Source: Podarcis vaucheri (taxonomy: Eukaryota). From it: DNA of 64,000 bases. The stretch lies in NCBI GenBank assembly GCA_965113315.1, contig OZ220365.1, one strand, 5' to 3'. Shown here piece by piece: positions 40,746-52,930 of this stretch (position 1 is the stretch's first letter; every line of letters starts with the position of its first letter). A program made the translations under genes and the position numbers. Below the pieces are notes generated by a model. That model worked only from the letters and a program-made list of their open reading frames with translations. It made no database searches and was not told the DNA's origin.

Positions 40746-41097
40746 GGGATGCGGGTGGTGCTGTGGGTTAAACCACAGAGCCTAGGGCTTCCTGATCAGA
40801 AGGTCGGTGGTTCAAATCCTTGCAACGGGGTGAGCTTCTGTTGCTCGGTCCCTGCTCCTGCCAACCTAGCAGTTCGAAAGCACGCCAAAGTGCAAGTAGA
40901 TAAATAGGTATCGCTCCAGCGAGAAGGTAAACAGCATTTCCGTGCACTGCTCTGGTTCGCCAGAAAGTGGCTTAGCCATGCTGGCCACATGACCCAGAAG
41001 CTGTACGCCGGCTCCCTCGGCCCATAAGGCGAGATGAGCACCACAACCCCAAAGTCGTCTGCAACTGGACCTAACAGTCAGGGGTCCCTTTCCCTTT
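40746..41097 (+). mobile_element. Full-length Sauria SINE
   Basis: GGGATGCGGGTGGTGCTGTGGG A-box head, B-box GGTTCAAATCC, CCCTTT tail, flanking TACTCAGGT repeats. Confidence 0.92.
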
Positions 41098-41390
41098 ACT
41101 CAGGTGCTAAGGACATGCCTACAAATTTATTTTGATTAGCAGGCCACACTTCAAATGTGAATTTATAAATTTTTTTGGTAGTCTATAATTTTTTATAGTA
41201 CTGCTTTTTTATGAGCTGGATTAATATAAACTAAGAGCTTTCACTGAAGTATAATTTGCCATACTTTTGCCTCGAACCTGGCTTTGGTTATCTGATGTCT
41301 GAATTTACCCAAGTTAGCATGATGACAGGAGAAAAGAAAGGCTGACAACAAAAAACATCACTGTGTCATTAGTTACAACTGTGCAACCTA

Positions 41391-42312
41391 CTGTATTTTT
41401 CGCTCCATTGGACACAGTTTTCCCCCTCCAATAATTGAGGGGAAATGTGTGTGCGTCCTATGGAGCGAATGCCGGCTTGTGCCATAGCAGCGCGCAACAC
41501 CTCTGGCAGGGAGAGGCTGCACGGGGCTATGGCTTCTTTAGCTCCACGCAGCCTCTCCCGGCAGGGAGAGATTGCACGGGGCTAAAGAGGAAGCCAAAGC
41601 AGCCAGCAGGATCCATCCCGCTGGCTGCCTTGGCTTGTGCTATAGCCGCGCGCAACCCCTCCGGCAGGGAGAGGCTGTGAGATTTTGACCAGCTTCGGCC
41701 CATCTGAAGCTGATACAGGCTCATCTTATCTTGAACCCAAGCAGAGTAGTCCACACAGCAGAAGGATAAGCAGTATGTGCCACATTCTTAACTTTATTTC
41801 CACTCTATGCTGAGAGAATACAAACATGCATCTTGCCTCTGTGAGAGCAGAGAAGCAACTCCTCTCGGAAACAAAGAATACCGAGAGAACAGTGAAAAAC
41901 AGGAAACCAGTGTACGTCACATCCAGTCTCCCATTCCCGTGGGAATCCCACAGTAACTCTGACTGTGGAATGCAAAACAATGTCTTGTGACTGCAGTTGA
42001 TGCTCACTGAGGGAAATAGAAACCAACAGAGGCTGCACGGGGCTATGACTTCTTTAGCTCCACGCAGCCTCTCCCGGCAGGGAGAGATTGTGCGGGGCTA
42101 AAGAGGAAGCCAAAACAGCCAGCGCGATCCATCCCGCTGGCTGCCTTGGCTTGTACTATAGCCGCGTGCAACCCCTCCGGCAGGGAGAGGTTGTGCGCAG
42201 CCTGTACACTGCCTTTGGGGCTGGGGGGGGGACGATTTTTTTTATTTATTTCCCCGTCTAAAAACTAGGTGCGCCCTATGGTCCGGTGCGCCCTATGGTG
42301 CGAAAAATACGT
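41391..42312. mobile_element. Tc1/mariner-type non-autonomous element with an internal ~165-bp tandem duplication and a nested solo LTR
   Basis: TIRs CTGTATTTTTCGC / GCGAAAAATACGT, TA flanks; units at about 41511-41675 and 42029-42193. Confidence 0.8.
41676..42028 (-). mobile_element. Solo LTR (353 bp)
   Basis: TG...CA termini, 5-bp TSD GAGGC (41671-41675 and 42029-42033), AATAAA on the minus strand (about 41794-41799). Confidence 0.8.
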
Positions 42313-43124
42313 TATTTCTCAGACTTCTTGGTTTGTATAATAGCAAACTCAGGTGTCAGTGCAAACAGGAAAAAATCTGAAACGGAGACACTGAGGCAGA
42401 AGCAGGGAATCCCAAAGTTTGCAAAAATACAAAAAATACCTAAGGAGATGCCCCCTGTTTAAATACTGAAGACTGAGCTGAGGGTCAGTTGTTAAAGGAA
42501 AGTGAAAGACTTGGGAGGAAAGAAGAATGGATTGCTTTTCTTGGGCTCCTTGCAGCTAATAAAATCCTGGCAAAAGTGTGGCAATATATTATTACTACAA
42601 GGTGCCACTTGTTGCATCTAATAGCAAACCCAGGTTGTTGAGTGATGCCAACAGGATTGGAGCCCAAATGGCCGCTGAGAAATGAGAGGGCTGTATTGGA
42701 GTGCTTGAGTGAACCACAATGCAGTGAGGACTGAGCATGCTTAGTGACTTCCAGGAGCACAGAACGTTGAGTGTCAGCTGGAAAGAAAAACAGAAAATGG
42801 GGGTGGGATGAATTGTACTGCCTAGGCAGCTTACAGTTTATAAAACCCTGTCCATCTGATTAACTATGAACAGGAGCACTTCTGTTAAGGGATGAAGAGG
42901 ACACGCTGCAACATTTTGTTGCATGTCTCACTTGTTACACCAGATGATATTTATGGCGGGTTTTTTGCCTCAAGTGTGTTGAATTGAGACCCAGAATCAC
43001 AATTATCTGTGTATCAACCTGTGCCCTTGTATTATGTCCAGTTATGCTGATTTTGCTGATGTATGTAGTTGGTTTCAGGGTTGACTAGCAATTTTTTATA
43101 AGAGGATATGACTTCTATAAAGAG

Positions 43125-43666
43125 TGTCAGGAGCTGGAGTCAGGCGTAGGTCAGCAATAAAATAATAAGAGCACCCAATGTCAGTGAAGTTAACTTTTTA
43201 TTCAAGAAAAGAAAACAGCTCAGTCATAGTGGTCACAGCAACCCTTGCCCCAATGAAGCAGTTGTGAGGACTGAAGGTCTCTGCCTTTCCACTGCTCTCT
43301 AAAGCTTCTTTCCCAGTTCCTTCCCCAGCAGCCTAAGGCTCCATCATCTTGTTTCTCATTTCTGTGTCCTCTTCATTTCTTTGTTCTGGGAAAGGGGAGA
43401 GGAGGGGGAGCTGGTCACAGCAGGAGGGGGGAACTCCCTGGGTTCTTCAGCAGCCTGCCTTGTCTCCTGGGCCCCCTCTAGGGTTGTGCAAAAAATCACC
43501 ACACCCTTGAAATATTGAAATATTGTGATAAGTGTTTCAACAAGGCAGGTGGACACTTAACAGCTTCCTGGGAGTAGCTCAGGTGAACTGATACTTTAGT
43601 TACTCTGCAGATAATTTGCAGGCCCGGTGTTGCCAGCTTTGTATGTTCTCTCCCTCCTAACTGATA
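43125..43666 (-). mobile_element. Possible degraded solo LTR
   Basis: TGTCAGGAG...CTCCTAACTGATA ends, imperfect AGAG/AGAA flanks, minus-strand AATAAA. Confidence 0.35.
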
Positions 43667-43678
43667 AGAAATTAAGAT

Positions 43679-44070
43679 AGTGTTGGTGCTGACCTTTAAA
43701 GCCCTAAACGGCCTCGGTCCTGTATACTGGAAGGAGCGTTTCCACCCCCATCATCCAGCCTGGACACTGAGGTCCAGCGCCAAGGGCCTTCTGGTGGTTA
43801 ACCCCTCATTGCGAGAAGTGAGGTTACAGGGAACCAGGCAGAGGGCCTTCTTGGTAGTGGCGCCTGTCCTGTGGAATGCCCTCCCAGCAGATGTCAAGGA
43901 AATAAACAACTATTTTACTTTTAAAAGACAACTGAAGGCGGTCCTGTTTAGGGAAGTTTTTAATGTCTGATGCTGTATTGTTTTTAATATTCGGTTGGAG
44001 GCCGCCCAGAGTGGCTGGGGAGGCCCGGCCAGATGGGTGGGGTATTATTACTATTACTATTATTTTATTT
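43679..44070 (+). mobile_element. L2-type LINE 3' end
   Basis: ORF 43680..43970 with FKALNGLGP and RAF.VVAPVLWNALP motifs; 3'UTR and (ATT)n tail. Confidence 0.88.
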
Positions 44071-44796
44071 TGAGATAAACTCTCACACAAATCAGCAAAC
44101 TCTTTCAGCTTCACCAGTATCTTTCCATTTAGAGCTCAGCTAATTATGCTGAGCCTGCTAACAATCCAGAAAGAGCCCCCCCCCCCATGACTGGACAAGA
44201 AAGAATGTAAACAAAGAACTGGAAAACACTTATTTCTTTTTTCTTTTTTAGAAAAAAGAGGGGGAAGAGTTTTTATTTTTATTTTCTGATGGTGTTTATG
44301 CTGTCCCCCCCCCTAAATAGTTTCCTTCCATATCAAAAGGGAAGGTTTTATTTATTTATTTAAATGAGTCTATCTTTTTGCTTGCTTGCCCTCCCTCCCT
44401 CCCTCCCTCTGATAAAAAGGGAGAGATTGGTGGGATGAGGCCTTTGGGGGGGGTGTTCTGGGGGGACATGGAGGGGAGAAGATTTAGCTGGCTGCCTTGT
44501 GCTGAAATGGGAGGTTGGGTGTTTTGCAGTAAGCAGTGCAAGCAAATGCATTTCTACTCACAAGCAACCCCTCCTGAATTCAAGGAGGCTTACTCCCAGG
44601 AAAGTAGAAGTAAGTTAAGTTGAACTCAGTGGGGCTTATGCATGCATAGAATCCGCTTAGACCTCTGAGTGGGGAAGCAGATGCAACCTGACTAGTAAAT
44701 CACTTAAACAACTCTTAAATTAGTTGAAAATATATGAAATATATTATATGGGAGTTCATTTAATATTTTTATTAAGTCTACTAGTTTACAGTTTAA

Positions 44797-45083
44797 GACC
44801 CTCCACCGCCACAGGGAGCCTCATCAAGGCCCTCAGTTGCTGTGGGGAAGCGCGGCACACCCTCTGCCACTGTGGGGAGGTACGGCGAGACCCTCTGCTG
44901 CCAAGAGGGGGTGCTTCAAGGTCCTCTGCTGCTGCGGGGGGGGTATGGCGGGACCCTTTGCCACCGGGGGGAGGCCTGGCAAGGCTCTCCGCTGCCATAG
45001 ATATATATTGTGATATATCAAGATATAATGATATTCAGCTGGTGATATATTGTGATGTTGAAAATCAGATATTGCCCAACCCT
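44797..45083. mobile_element. Partial hAT-like element (right end only)
   Basis: GATAT-rich subterminal repeats ending ATATTGCCCAACCCTA. Confidence 0.45.
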
Positions 45084-47468
45084 ACCCCCCTCTGCTCCTG
45101 CCTCTGAGTCTGCACTGTTCTCTGCCACAGTCTCTTCCTGCTCACTAAATCCTGTTACCTCTTCAGCTTCCAGCACCACCTCCTCTCATTCGGCTCCCTC
45201 TTCTCCCTCTGACCACTCATTGTTGCCCCACCACCAATCCCCAGGCTCTAAGATTGTCCAGGAACCTCGAATATGCTCCCTTGAGTTAAAAAAAGGCAGG
45301 ATATAGTTATAAATATAAGAAAAGAGTCCCTAAATTTGGTCCACTGAATAATTTTCAAAATGTCTCACAATGCCACATGAGCTCAGGGCCAAAGCTGAAT
45401 GTCAGCTGTTCTTTGCTTGAGAACTTAAGTGTTATTTCTGAAACTCTCATATCATCGCTAGTCATTGCAGCAACGTTAGAAACTGAAACCCTAACCTTTT
45501 TTTGGACACTTTTTTCTTTTTCTTGGAATGCAGTCAGCTGGGTTAAATAACTCCTTCCCCTCCCGAAAATTAATCTACAAATTCATTTCATTTAGAACTC
45601 AAGTGTATACAGTATTGTGCAGCTTGTTTCTAAGGGTGGGGGTGGGAACCTCAAGGAACAGTACCAAGAGATTAGAAATTCATCCTATATAGATGGCTCA
45701 GATTCCTACTGTGTCAGTTTTCTGGTGTTTGATAAGACACACAAAGCAGTTGCAAGAGAAAGCATGTCGTTGGTATCCATGGCAACGCCAAAGATACTTT
45801 GGAACTCTGGGGGATAGACTGTGCCACAGTAATGGGTCGCATTATGAGGGCAAAATGCATAAAAGGCTCAGACATATGCTTGTAATTAATTGCCATAAAT
45901 AGCTTAAAACAAAACGTAATGGTTTGTTTTGCTGGTAGAAATCACTAACCTTTGAGATTTTAAAGATATGTTTGAACTGATTTTTTTAAATAAAAAAACC
46001 TTGTTGTCCTAAAAAAGTGCATGGTACCTTGAATACTAATATATTTGTGAAATCATGTGCCAGCCATGAGAGAGTACATGCTGATAAAAGCTTCTATAAA
46101 TCTCATATGTCCAAAGGTTTTAGATGGTGCATTTCAGTTTTAATTCCCCAGTCCATCATGCAATTTCTTACGATGACTTTGGACTGTAAAGCATTGCCCA
46201 TATGGTGCATTGTGTAAGGAATTACTCAAAGGTATGTTTAATATATGCCTTTCTTTCCAAGGGAATGATGCAACAGACATTGTTGAAAATTGGTACTTCA
46301 GGTTAGACTAGAAATCCTTTTTTTTTTTAAGGACATGTCTTGAATTTATTTATAGGAACAGCAATTGCAGTGTAATATTTGTCCAGGGTGCAGGGAGATT
46401 CAACAAGCAACATTTTTAGATAGGAAAAACAGAATAATTATTTAGAGAAAATGTTTTAATTTGAAGGGGGGGGGAGGCTAAACTTTTAGCAAAATAATCC
46501 TGTTTGCAAGGAACCCATCTTTGTGTATTACAATGCAATTCACCACATTATTTCTTCTTGGTTGCTATAGAAACTAATTCTGGTGCAGATGTGATCGCCT
46601 ATCAAAATTCTAACATTACCCTATGTTACAATACACATTTCTTACTTCAAAGTAAATTGCAATATGGAGTCTGGTTAAACCATGTACTTCATCATTCAAG
46701 AATTGTTGAATGGCCAAAATGATAATGCAATTATGTTTCTGAAAACTGTCCCTGCCTACTTTTTTTTTTTGCAACTTTGTACAAGAAAACAAGAGTGCTT
46801 ACTTATGGTTGTTTTTAACTGAAATTCAGGCAGCTCGGGGAAGCACATGATATTTTGCGAGCCCAATCTTTGTTTCATTTCATGGTCATACATTGTTCAG
46901 CCACAATTGTTTCTAATAGGAGTTAATTTGAAAGTATTTGATTATGCTGCGACTTCTATTCTGGTTTATAATTCTATAAACAAACCAGTCTTCTATGATA
47001 ACAGTTTAAAACAGCTGCTTTGGTGAAGTGGGACAAGTACCATAACAGTGGTATACATGCTATGAAAACTTGAGCATTATATACTGTGAGCATTATATTC
47101 AAACCATTTTCTTTTAGAATCTTAGAGCTGGAGAGTTGGAAGATACACCAAAGGTCATCTAGTCCAACCCCCTGCATTGCAGAAATCACTGCTTTTAAGG
47201 TAGGGTGCAGTCAGCAGTCCCTACCGATGTCCTTTGATAAACATTTTAAGATAAGTGGATTTTGCATAGAGCCATGAAATAATTTCATTCCTGTTATTGA
47301 AACCTTAATAAAAATAATTCCAGGCAAGGGAACTTTATAGCAGGGTTAGCTGTTGAATTCATGGAAGTCTAATGAGATTTGCAAAAAGTTATTTACCTTC
47401 TGATGCAACCTATCTTATGATGATAGGAAGGAGAAGGAAGGGAAGCATGGGCAAATAGGAAAATAATA

Positions 47469-47816
47469 CAGTGGTGCCTCGCAAGACGAAAAGAATCCGT
47501 TCTGTGATTCTCTTCGTCTAGCGGTTTTTTCGTCTTGCGAAGCAAGCCCATTGACGGATTAGTGGATTAGCGCTATTAGCAGCTTTTAGCGGCTTTTAGC
47601 GGCTTATCTGCTGATCGGATCAGCTGATAAGCAGCTTAGCAGCTTAGAAAAAGGGGGGGAGGAAAGGAAAAAAACCCCGCAGGAACTTGCAAGACATTGT
47701 CGTCTTGCAAATCAAGCCCATAGGAAATTCGTTTTGCGAGCACCTCCAAAACGGAAAACTCTTTCGTCTAGTGAGTTTTCCGTCTTGCGAGGCATTTGTC
47801 TTGCGGGGCACCACTG
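47469..47816. mobile_element. Tc1/mariner MITE, same family as 25978-26337 in opposite orientation
   Basis: TIRs CAGTGGTGCCTCGCAAGACGAA / GTCTTGCGGGGCACCACTG; internal (TTAGCGGC)n; TA TSD. Confidence 0.88.
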
Positions 47817-48634
47817 TATGCGATTATTTCAATTGCATGTGCTTAAGGCCTAACTGCATATTACATTTACAATGTTACTAGCCATCACATTATGAGTTTT
47901 TTGGTTTTTTAAAAAAGGTTAATGCCCCCCCCCCCGTTTTATATTTACAGATCATATTTTCATCCTTATACAATAATTTGCATAGAGTTCCCCACCTGGG
48001 TTTCCGTGGCAGTTCAGATGCATCTTATTTAGCTACATATCCATTAATTTATCCATCCTATTTTTACCCCCTTCCATATCATTGTTGTTATCAACTGTTG
48101 ATCATAACATTCCAAGTGGGTAGGGAAGGTTTAAAACCTTCCCTCGCCAGCTGTGATCTTGGTAAAGAAAAATCCCCTCCCAAGCACAGTGATTCACAAT
48201 AGGGAAAAACTCCCACTGGTACCTAGCCAATTCATGCTTAATTCATGCAAAATCCATATTACTAATGTTTCAATTGGATGGGAGAGAGAGATGAAAAACG
48301 AAACTAAATGATAATTCTTTTCTGGTGCAGGTGCAGCATCTGTTCACGGAGCAGTCCCCACAGGGCTCAGTCAAGCTCCATTTCTCCTCCTCTAGGCAGT
48401 GCATGGGAATATTATGGGGCCTTTCCTCCCTTATCCCCATCCAGTCTTCCCTTGTGTAAGTTTTTTCGTCTATGAGACATGTGCAGGTTGCATACAGCCA
48501 TGATAAAACACTGGATGGAGATATGGGACACATGCATAGCTCTTTGTTCCCCGTAATCTTATGGTGGGCATACGTGGGAGGCTGGGTGTGAAATAAAACA
48601 GTTTTGCTGAGATGAAATGGCTCAGAGACTAGAT

Positions 48635-48868
48635 CAGGGGTTAGCAAACTTTTTCAGCAGGGGGCCAGTCCACTGTCCCTCAAACCTTGTGGGGGACTGG
48701 AATATTTTTTTATTTGGGGGGGGGATGAATGAATTCCTATGCCCCACAAATAACCCAGGACACATTCTACTCATGTAAAAACACGCTGATTCCTGGACCA
48801 TCCCTGGGCCGGATTCAGAAGGCTATTGGGCTGTATCCGGCCCCCAGGCCTTAGTTTGCCTACCCATG
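48635..48868 (+). mobile_element. hAT-family MITE
   Basis: Perfect 8-bp TSD GACTAGAT; CAGGGG...CCCATG termini. Confidence 0.9.
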
Positions 48869-49112
48869 GACTAGATGCTACATTTCTTGTTTTTAACTGT
48901 AAGCTGCCTTGAGTCCCGTCAGGAAAAAAGGTGGGGAATAAATAAATATATTATAATAAGAAGATGTTAGCTGTATATCTTTGTACTTAAGTACCTTGTT
49001 TTCCATCTTGGAGACCAGGGTTCAAATCCCTGTTCAGCCATGAGGCTGTGTAACTTTGGGCTGGTTATTGACCATCGGCTCACCTCTCGCACAGGGTTGT
49101 TGTGAAGAAATA

Positions 49113-49410
49113 GCATACGCTTCAACATTTCTCCGATGAAAATAGGGACACCCCATTCCATAATGATAATTTTACTATTTATACATCACACATCTTACTC
49201 TGTTGCCCTAGCCACTCTGGGCAGCTTCCAACATATATCAAAACATTTTTTTTAAAAAAAATCCCAGAACAGGATTGCCTTCGGACAGCTCGGGGGGGGG
49301 GTGTGTCAGATAATTCCATACCTGCCAACATTTCTCCAATGAAAATAGAAACCAGGACGGCTTCTCTAAATCAGGGACGCCCTGGAAAATAGGGAAACTT
49401 GGAGGGTCTG
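49113..49410. mobile_element. hAT-like element carrying a captured L2 3' fragment
   Basis: CATAC..TCAAC / TTGGAGGGTCTG ends; duplicated CAACATTTCTCC(G/A)ATGAAAATAG; internal piece similar to the reverse complement of 43940-44040. Confidence 0.45.
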
Positions 49411-50719
49411 ATACAACTCTCAGATCACTAGCTGAGAGAATGCTTTTCACAGCTTCTATAATGCTACTTACTATTTTAAGAATGCTTTTACTACCACTAT
49501 TACTACTATTATTGACATCTTTTACAGCTTAGTCTACTTCAGGAGGAAGAGTGGGATATGAGTTAACTGAATGAATGAATGAATGAATGAATGATGGGAG
49601 CGGGAGAGCTTTGTATGTCACTTTGAGCTCCTTGCAGGAAATATCAGATATAAACGTAACAAATAAATAAAGTGTAGCTTGGTAGAAGGGGTTTAGCCAT
49701 TTGTCCTCCACTATGCCCCCACTCGTAGAAAAGCAAATGACACTCCTCCACCCCTCTGCTGTGCAAATCGTAAATCTGAATCGGGACCAAAGTGAAGGAG
49801 TTAAGTGCAAATCTCCCTATTTATATGTTTTAAAATCCTACACTTAAAAGCACCAATACATAGGTGTTGCAATATATACATCCCCTAATATCTTTTTTTC
49901 TGATTTGCTATTAAATAATTTCCACACCTTCAAAACAGTGCCCAGTTAATACATGGTTTTAAAGGATTGGCTGTTCAATTTTTTCCCTATTCTACCGTGC
50001 TGGCATCAAGGGCTAGAATTATTATTTTCTTACTTGCTTTTTATTGACTAAGCCGTCCCAACATGCAACGATTTTTTCCGCGTGGAAGAAATCAAAGTGG
50101 TCTTTGTTTGTATCCCTGTAAGAAAACACTGGAATGTTTTAATCGCGTGTTTTTTTTCCAGATAAGTCATTTAGCTTCTGAATGGATCTTCAATAAACCA
50201 TTTTCAGTTTTGGAATTATCATACAAACATTTTGCAGCTGTAGCTGTCAGATTTGTTAGTAATTAGCTACTTATCTGCTACCTTCAAATGGGTTGTTTAA
50301 CAAGCTGTATAAAACAGTAATTTCAAATTAGGTATCTAAAATGTTACATTTTATGCCCATGAAAATGTTGAGTGTGTAAACTAATAACTGTAAATAGTAA
50401 ATACATCAGCATTCTTTTGAAATATGCTTTTACAACTTCCATTGTGACACTATTGACTGTAAGGTGGTAAAACCAGCACTTGAGAGTAGATTGTTCAGTA
50501 CTTGTGTCTCCCCGCAGTCAGATTGTCTTCTGATGATTAGCTTTCCATTAGGAAGGAACTCATTCTGGTTCTTGAATTGGCATAATAACCTTGTATGTTT
50601 TCCCATGTTGGTGATGAAGCAGTTTGGGTCGAGCAATTTGGGTCGAGCAATTCTGAGCTGAAGAGTCTTCCTGCAGGATCGGGAGAAGGTTAAATCTCTG
50701 CCCACATCTCCTTCATCCA

Positions 50720-50858
50720 CAAGCAGTGAGGAACCTATGGCCTTCCAGTTGTTGTGGAATTCCCAACCCCCGTCAGCCCAAACCAGCATGGCCAAAGATC
50801 AGGATGATGGGAGTTGTAGTCCAGCAATGTCTGGAGGTCCACTGGTTCCCAAATCCAG
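50720..50858. mobile_element. Degenerate short hAT-like MITE
   Basis: Related to 24521-24660 (CCTTCCAG...CAGCATGGCCA...GATGGGAGTTGTAGTCC...CTGGAGG). Confidence 0.55.
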
Positions 50859-50899
50859 GCTGCATTGGGTTAAAATAAATAGTGCTCAGCTTTAAGTTA

Positions 50900-51283
50900 G
50901 CTTCAGCGATATTTCAGTCTGAAATTTTGGGGCAGGGGACGGAGTGGCAGTCAAGGGAAAATGACGCCAAAGTCGCCCTACAGTTTACCCTTCTTCAACA
51001 TCGCTTTTCTTATGGTGCTGACAATAGCACTCTTCCGGCAGCAGCCATTTCTTCACACATTGGATGATTCTGAGGTAGCTTTTCGGGGGTGACGGTGGTC
51101 AAGGGACGCCTTTTTGTTTTGACAGAAGCCTCTCACAGAATGATTAAATTGTGTTGTTCCAAGGAGCGATTCTGGGGAAATAAAATGGTAGTCACAGGGA
51201 AGAGAGCTGGCACTAGAAAGTTTCCCTTCTCCCCATTTCACTACTTCTCCAGCCTCCCCACATTTCTTAGAGAGAAAAGAATC
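50900..51283 (+). promoter_or_regulatory. Putative internal promoter / 5'UTR (locally CpG-enriched)
   Basis: Several CpGs in a CpG-poor intron; TGACGCCA (CRE-like), CTTCCGG (ETS) and GCAGCCATTT (YY1-like) motifs directly upstream of the candidate exon at 51284. Confidence 0.35.
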
Positions 51284-51449
51284 ATGGGATTGGTTGTAAC
51301 ATGTTGCTTGCTGTGGAATGACAGCAGAGAAAACAATGGAGGGGGGGAGATATTTGAGGGGAGCAGGCATGTTAAAGGAGGCTTTGGAAACATTGAATCT
51401 AGGCACTCCTGCGTCTCCAATGCTAGAACAGGGGGAACAGATACCCCAG
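51284..51449 (+). CDS. Candidate alternative first coding exon of SYT14 (MGLVVTCCLLWNDSRENNGGG...GTDTP)
   Basis: Kozak atcATGG, 55 codons, phase-1 donor CAG|GTGTGC in frame with exon 5; upstream CpG-enriched non-repetitive region. The donor is only moderately strong. Confidence 0.45.
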
Positions 51450-52794
51450 GTGTGCTGCATGGAAGCAATGGCATGGATTTAATTTTTAAAGATGTAGCAG
51501 TGAACCAATGAAAAGGAGGAAGAACCCACATCACTGCTTTCTGCCGTACTGACACAAGCCCAATGGGGCTTTGGATTAGGCGGTTTGCTCGCCTTCGATT
51601 CTCCTTTCCTTTTGGATTGTTCTGCCCAGCAATCAGTTAAAGGGAAGAGGTTGTGTAGGTAGCAAACGAGAACTGGGTTGTCTGATTGATGCTTATTTCA
51701 GCTTTTGAGCAAGACAGCTGAGCTGTCTTCAAGTGAATGTAACTGCCACTCCCCGCTCCTTTTTTCTTCCCTCCTTGTTCATTCATTCTGTCAGACTGCT
51801 TTTTTCTTCTGCTCCTTTCTAGTACAGAGCTGATTACCGATCGAAAATCTTGTTATGACACATTTCTTTAATAGGTTCTTTAATAGGAGTTTCTCGCTTT
51901 TCAGTGGGATTCTGGGGGTGTTATTTTCTAAACTGAATTTTAGTTTATTTCATTAAGCACAAGAGAAACAAAACTTCCTCTCCACCCCACCCCACCCCAA
52001 GAGCTGTGCTATTTATTGCTTTTGGGCTCCAATGTCAGCATGGTTCACCAAAATATGGTGCCATTTGTGTGGTATGGTGACAAAGTATAGTAACTTAGTG
52101 GAGGCAGGGGCCAGCCAAAAGGACACAGTGCATGTATGTGCTAGCCAAATAGTCAATGGTGCCCAGCATGGGTGTGCGTTATGCTTGCATTCAGCATAAC
52201 TCCCGGACCCAGCCAGTTCAGGGTTAGTGCTTGTTTTACTGCTCCCTGCTCTCATCAAAGCTGCCTGGTGCCATGACTGCAGTATTCATGCAGAGGTTGG
52301 GTGACTATCTGTCATGGATGCTTTAGCTGAGATTCCTGTATTGCAAGGGGTTGGACCAGATGACCTTTGGGATTTCTTCCAACTCTACAATTCTGTGATT
52401 TTATGGTCTGATGAAACCACCCCATGTTTTTCCTACACATCTAGCGGAGCAACCCACAAGTGCCTTCTCCTTTCCCCCATTTTGTCACCCAGCACTACAA
52501 GTACATAGCATGGTTAACAAATTTACTATTGTTGCCATTACTGACAACAATAATAATAATTTATAAAGCACCTGCAGCTTTTTAACTACTCTCAAAAGTT
52601 TTTTTTTAAAAAAAACAACAACCAGAGTTCCTGCATGCAAACGTATTGTCTAATCAATGTGATGCAAAAGGAAATAGGATTGGGGAGAAAAGAGGGAAAC
52701 AAGCCAACTTGGGCCCCTAGTTTTTGGAGTTACTTAATTTTTCTTATGATGACCAGCTAGAATGGAGACAGTCCTAGGAGAGGAGAAGCCAAAG

Positions 52795-52930
52795 CAGGCT
52801 TCCTCAAACTCAGCCCTCCAGATATTTTTGGCCTACAACTCCCATGATTCCTAGCTAGCAGGACCAGTGGTCAGGGATGATGGGAATTGTAGTCTCAAAA
52901 CATCTGGAGGGCTGAGTTTGAGAAAGCCTG
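52795..52930. mobile_element. Palindromic hAT MITE
   Basis: CAGGCTTCCTCAAACTCAGCCCTCCAGAT / ATCTGGAGGGCTGAGTTTGAGAAAGCCTG; 8-bp TSD AGCCAAAG/CGCCAAAG. Confidence 0.85.

Noticed and set aside
40746-40830. tRNA-like A/B boxes (also at 56283 and 60234)
   Set aside because: These are Sauria SINE heads followed by SINE body and tail, with no full cloverleaf.
51253-51283. The 51.3-kb segment as an in-frame cassette exon using acceptors at 51252 or 51270
   Set aside because: Both acceptors joined to exon 4 give a different frame that stops at TTG TAA (about 51297); kept only as a first-exon candidate.
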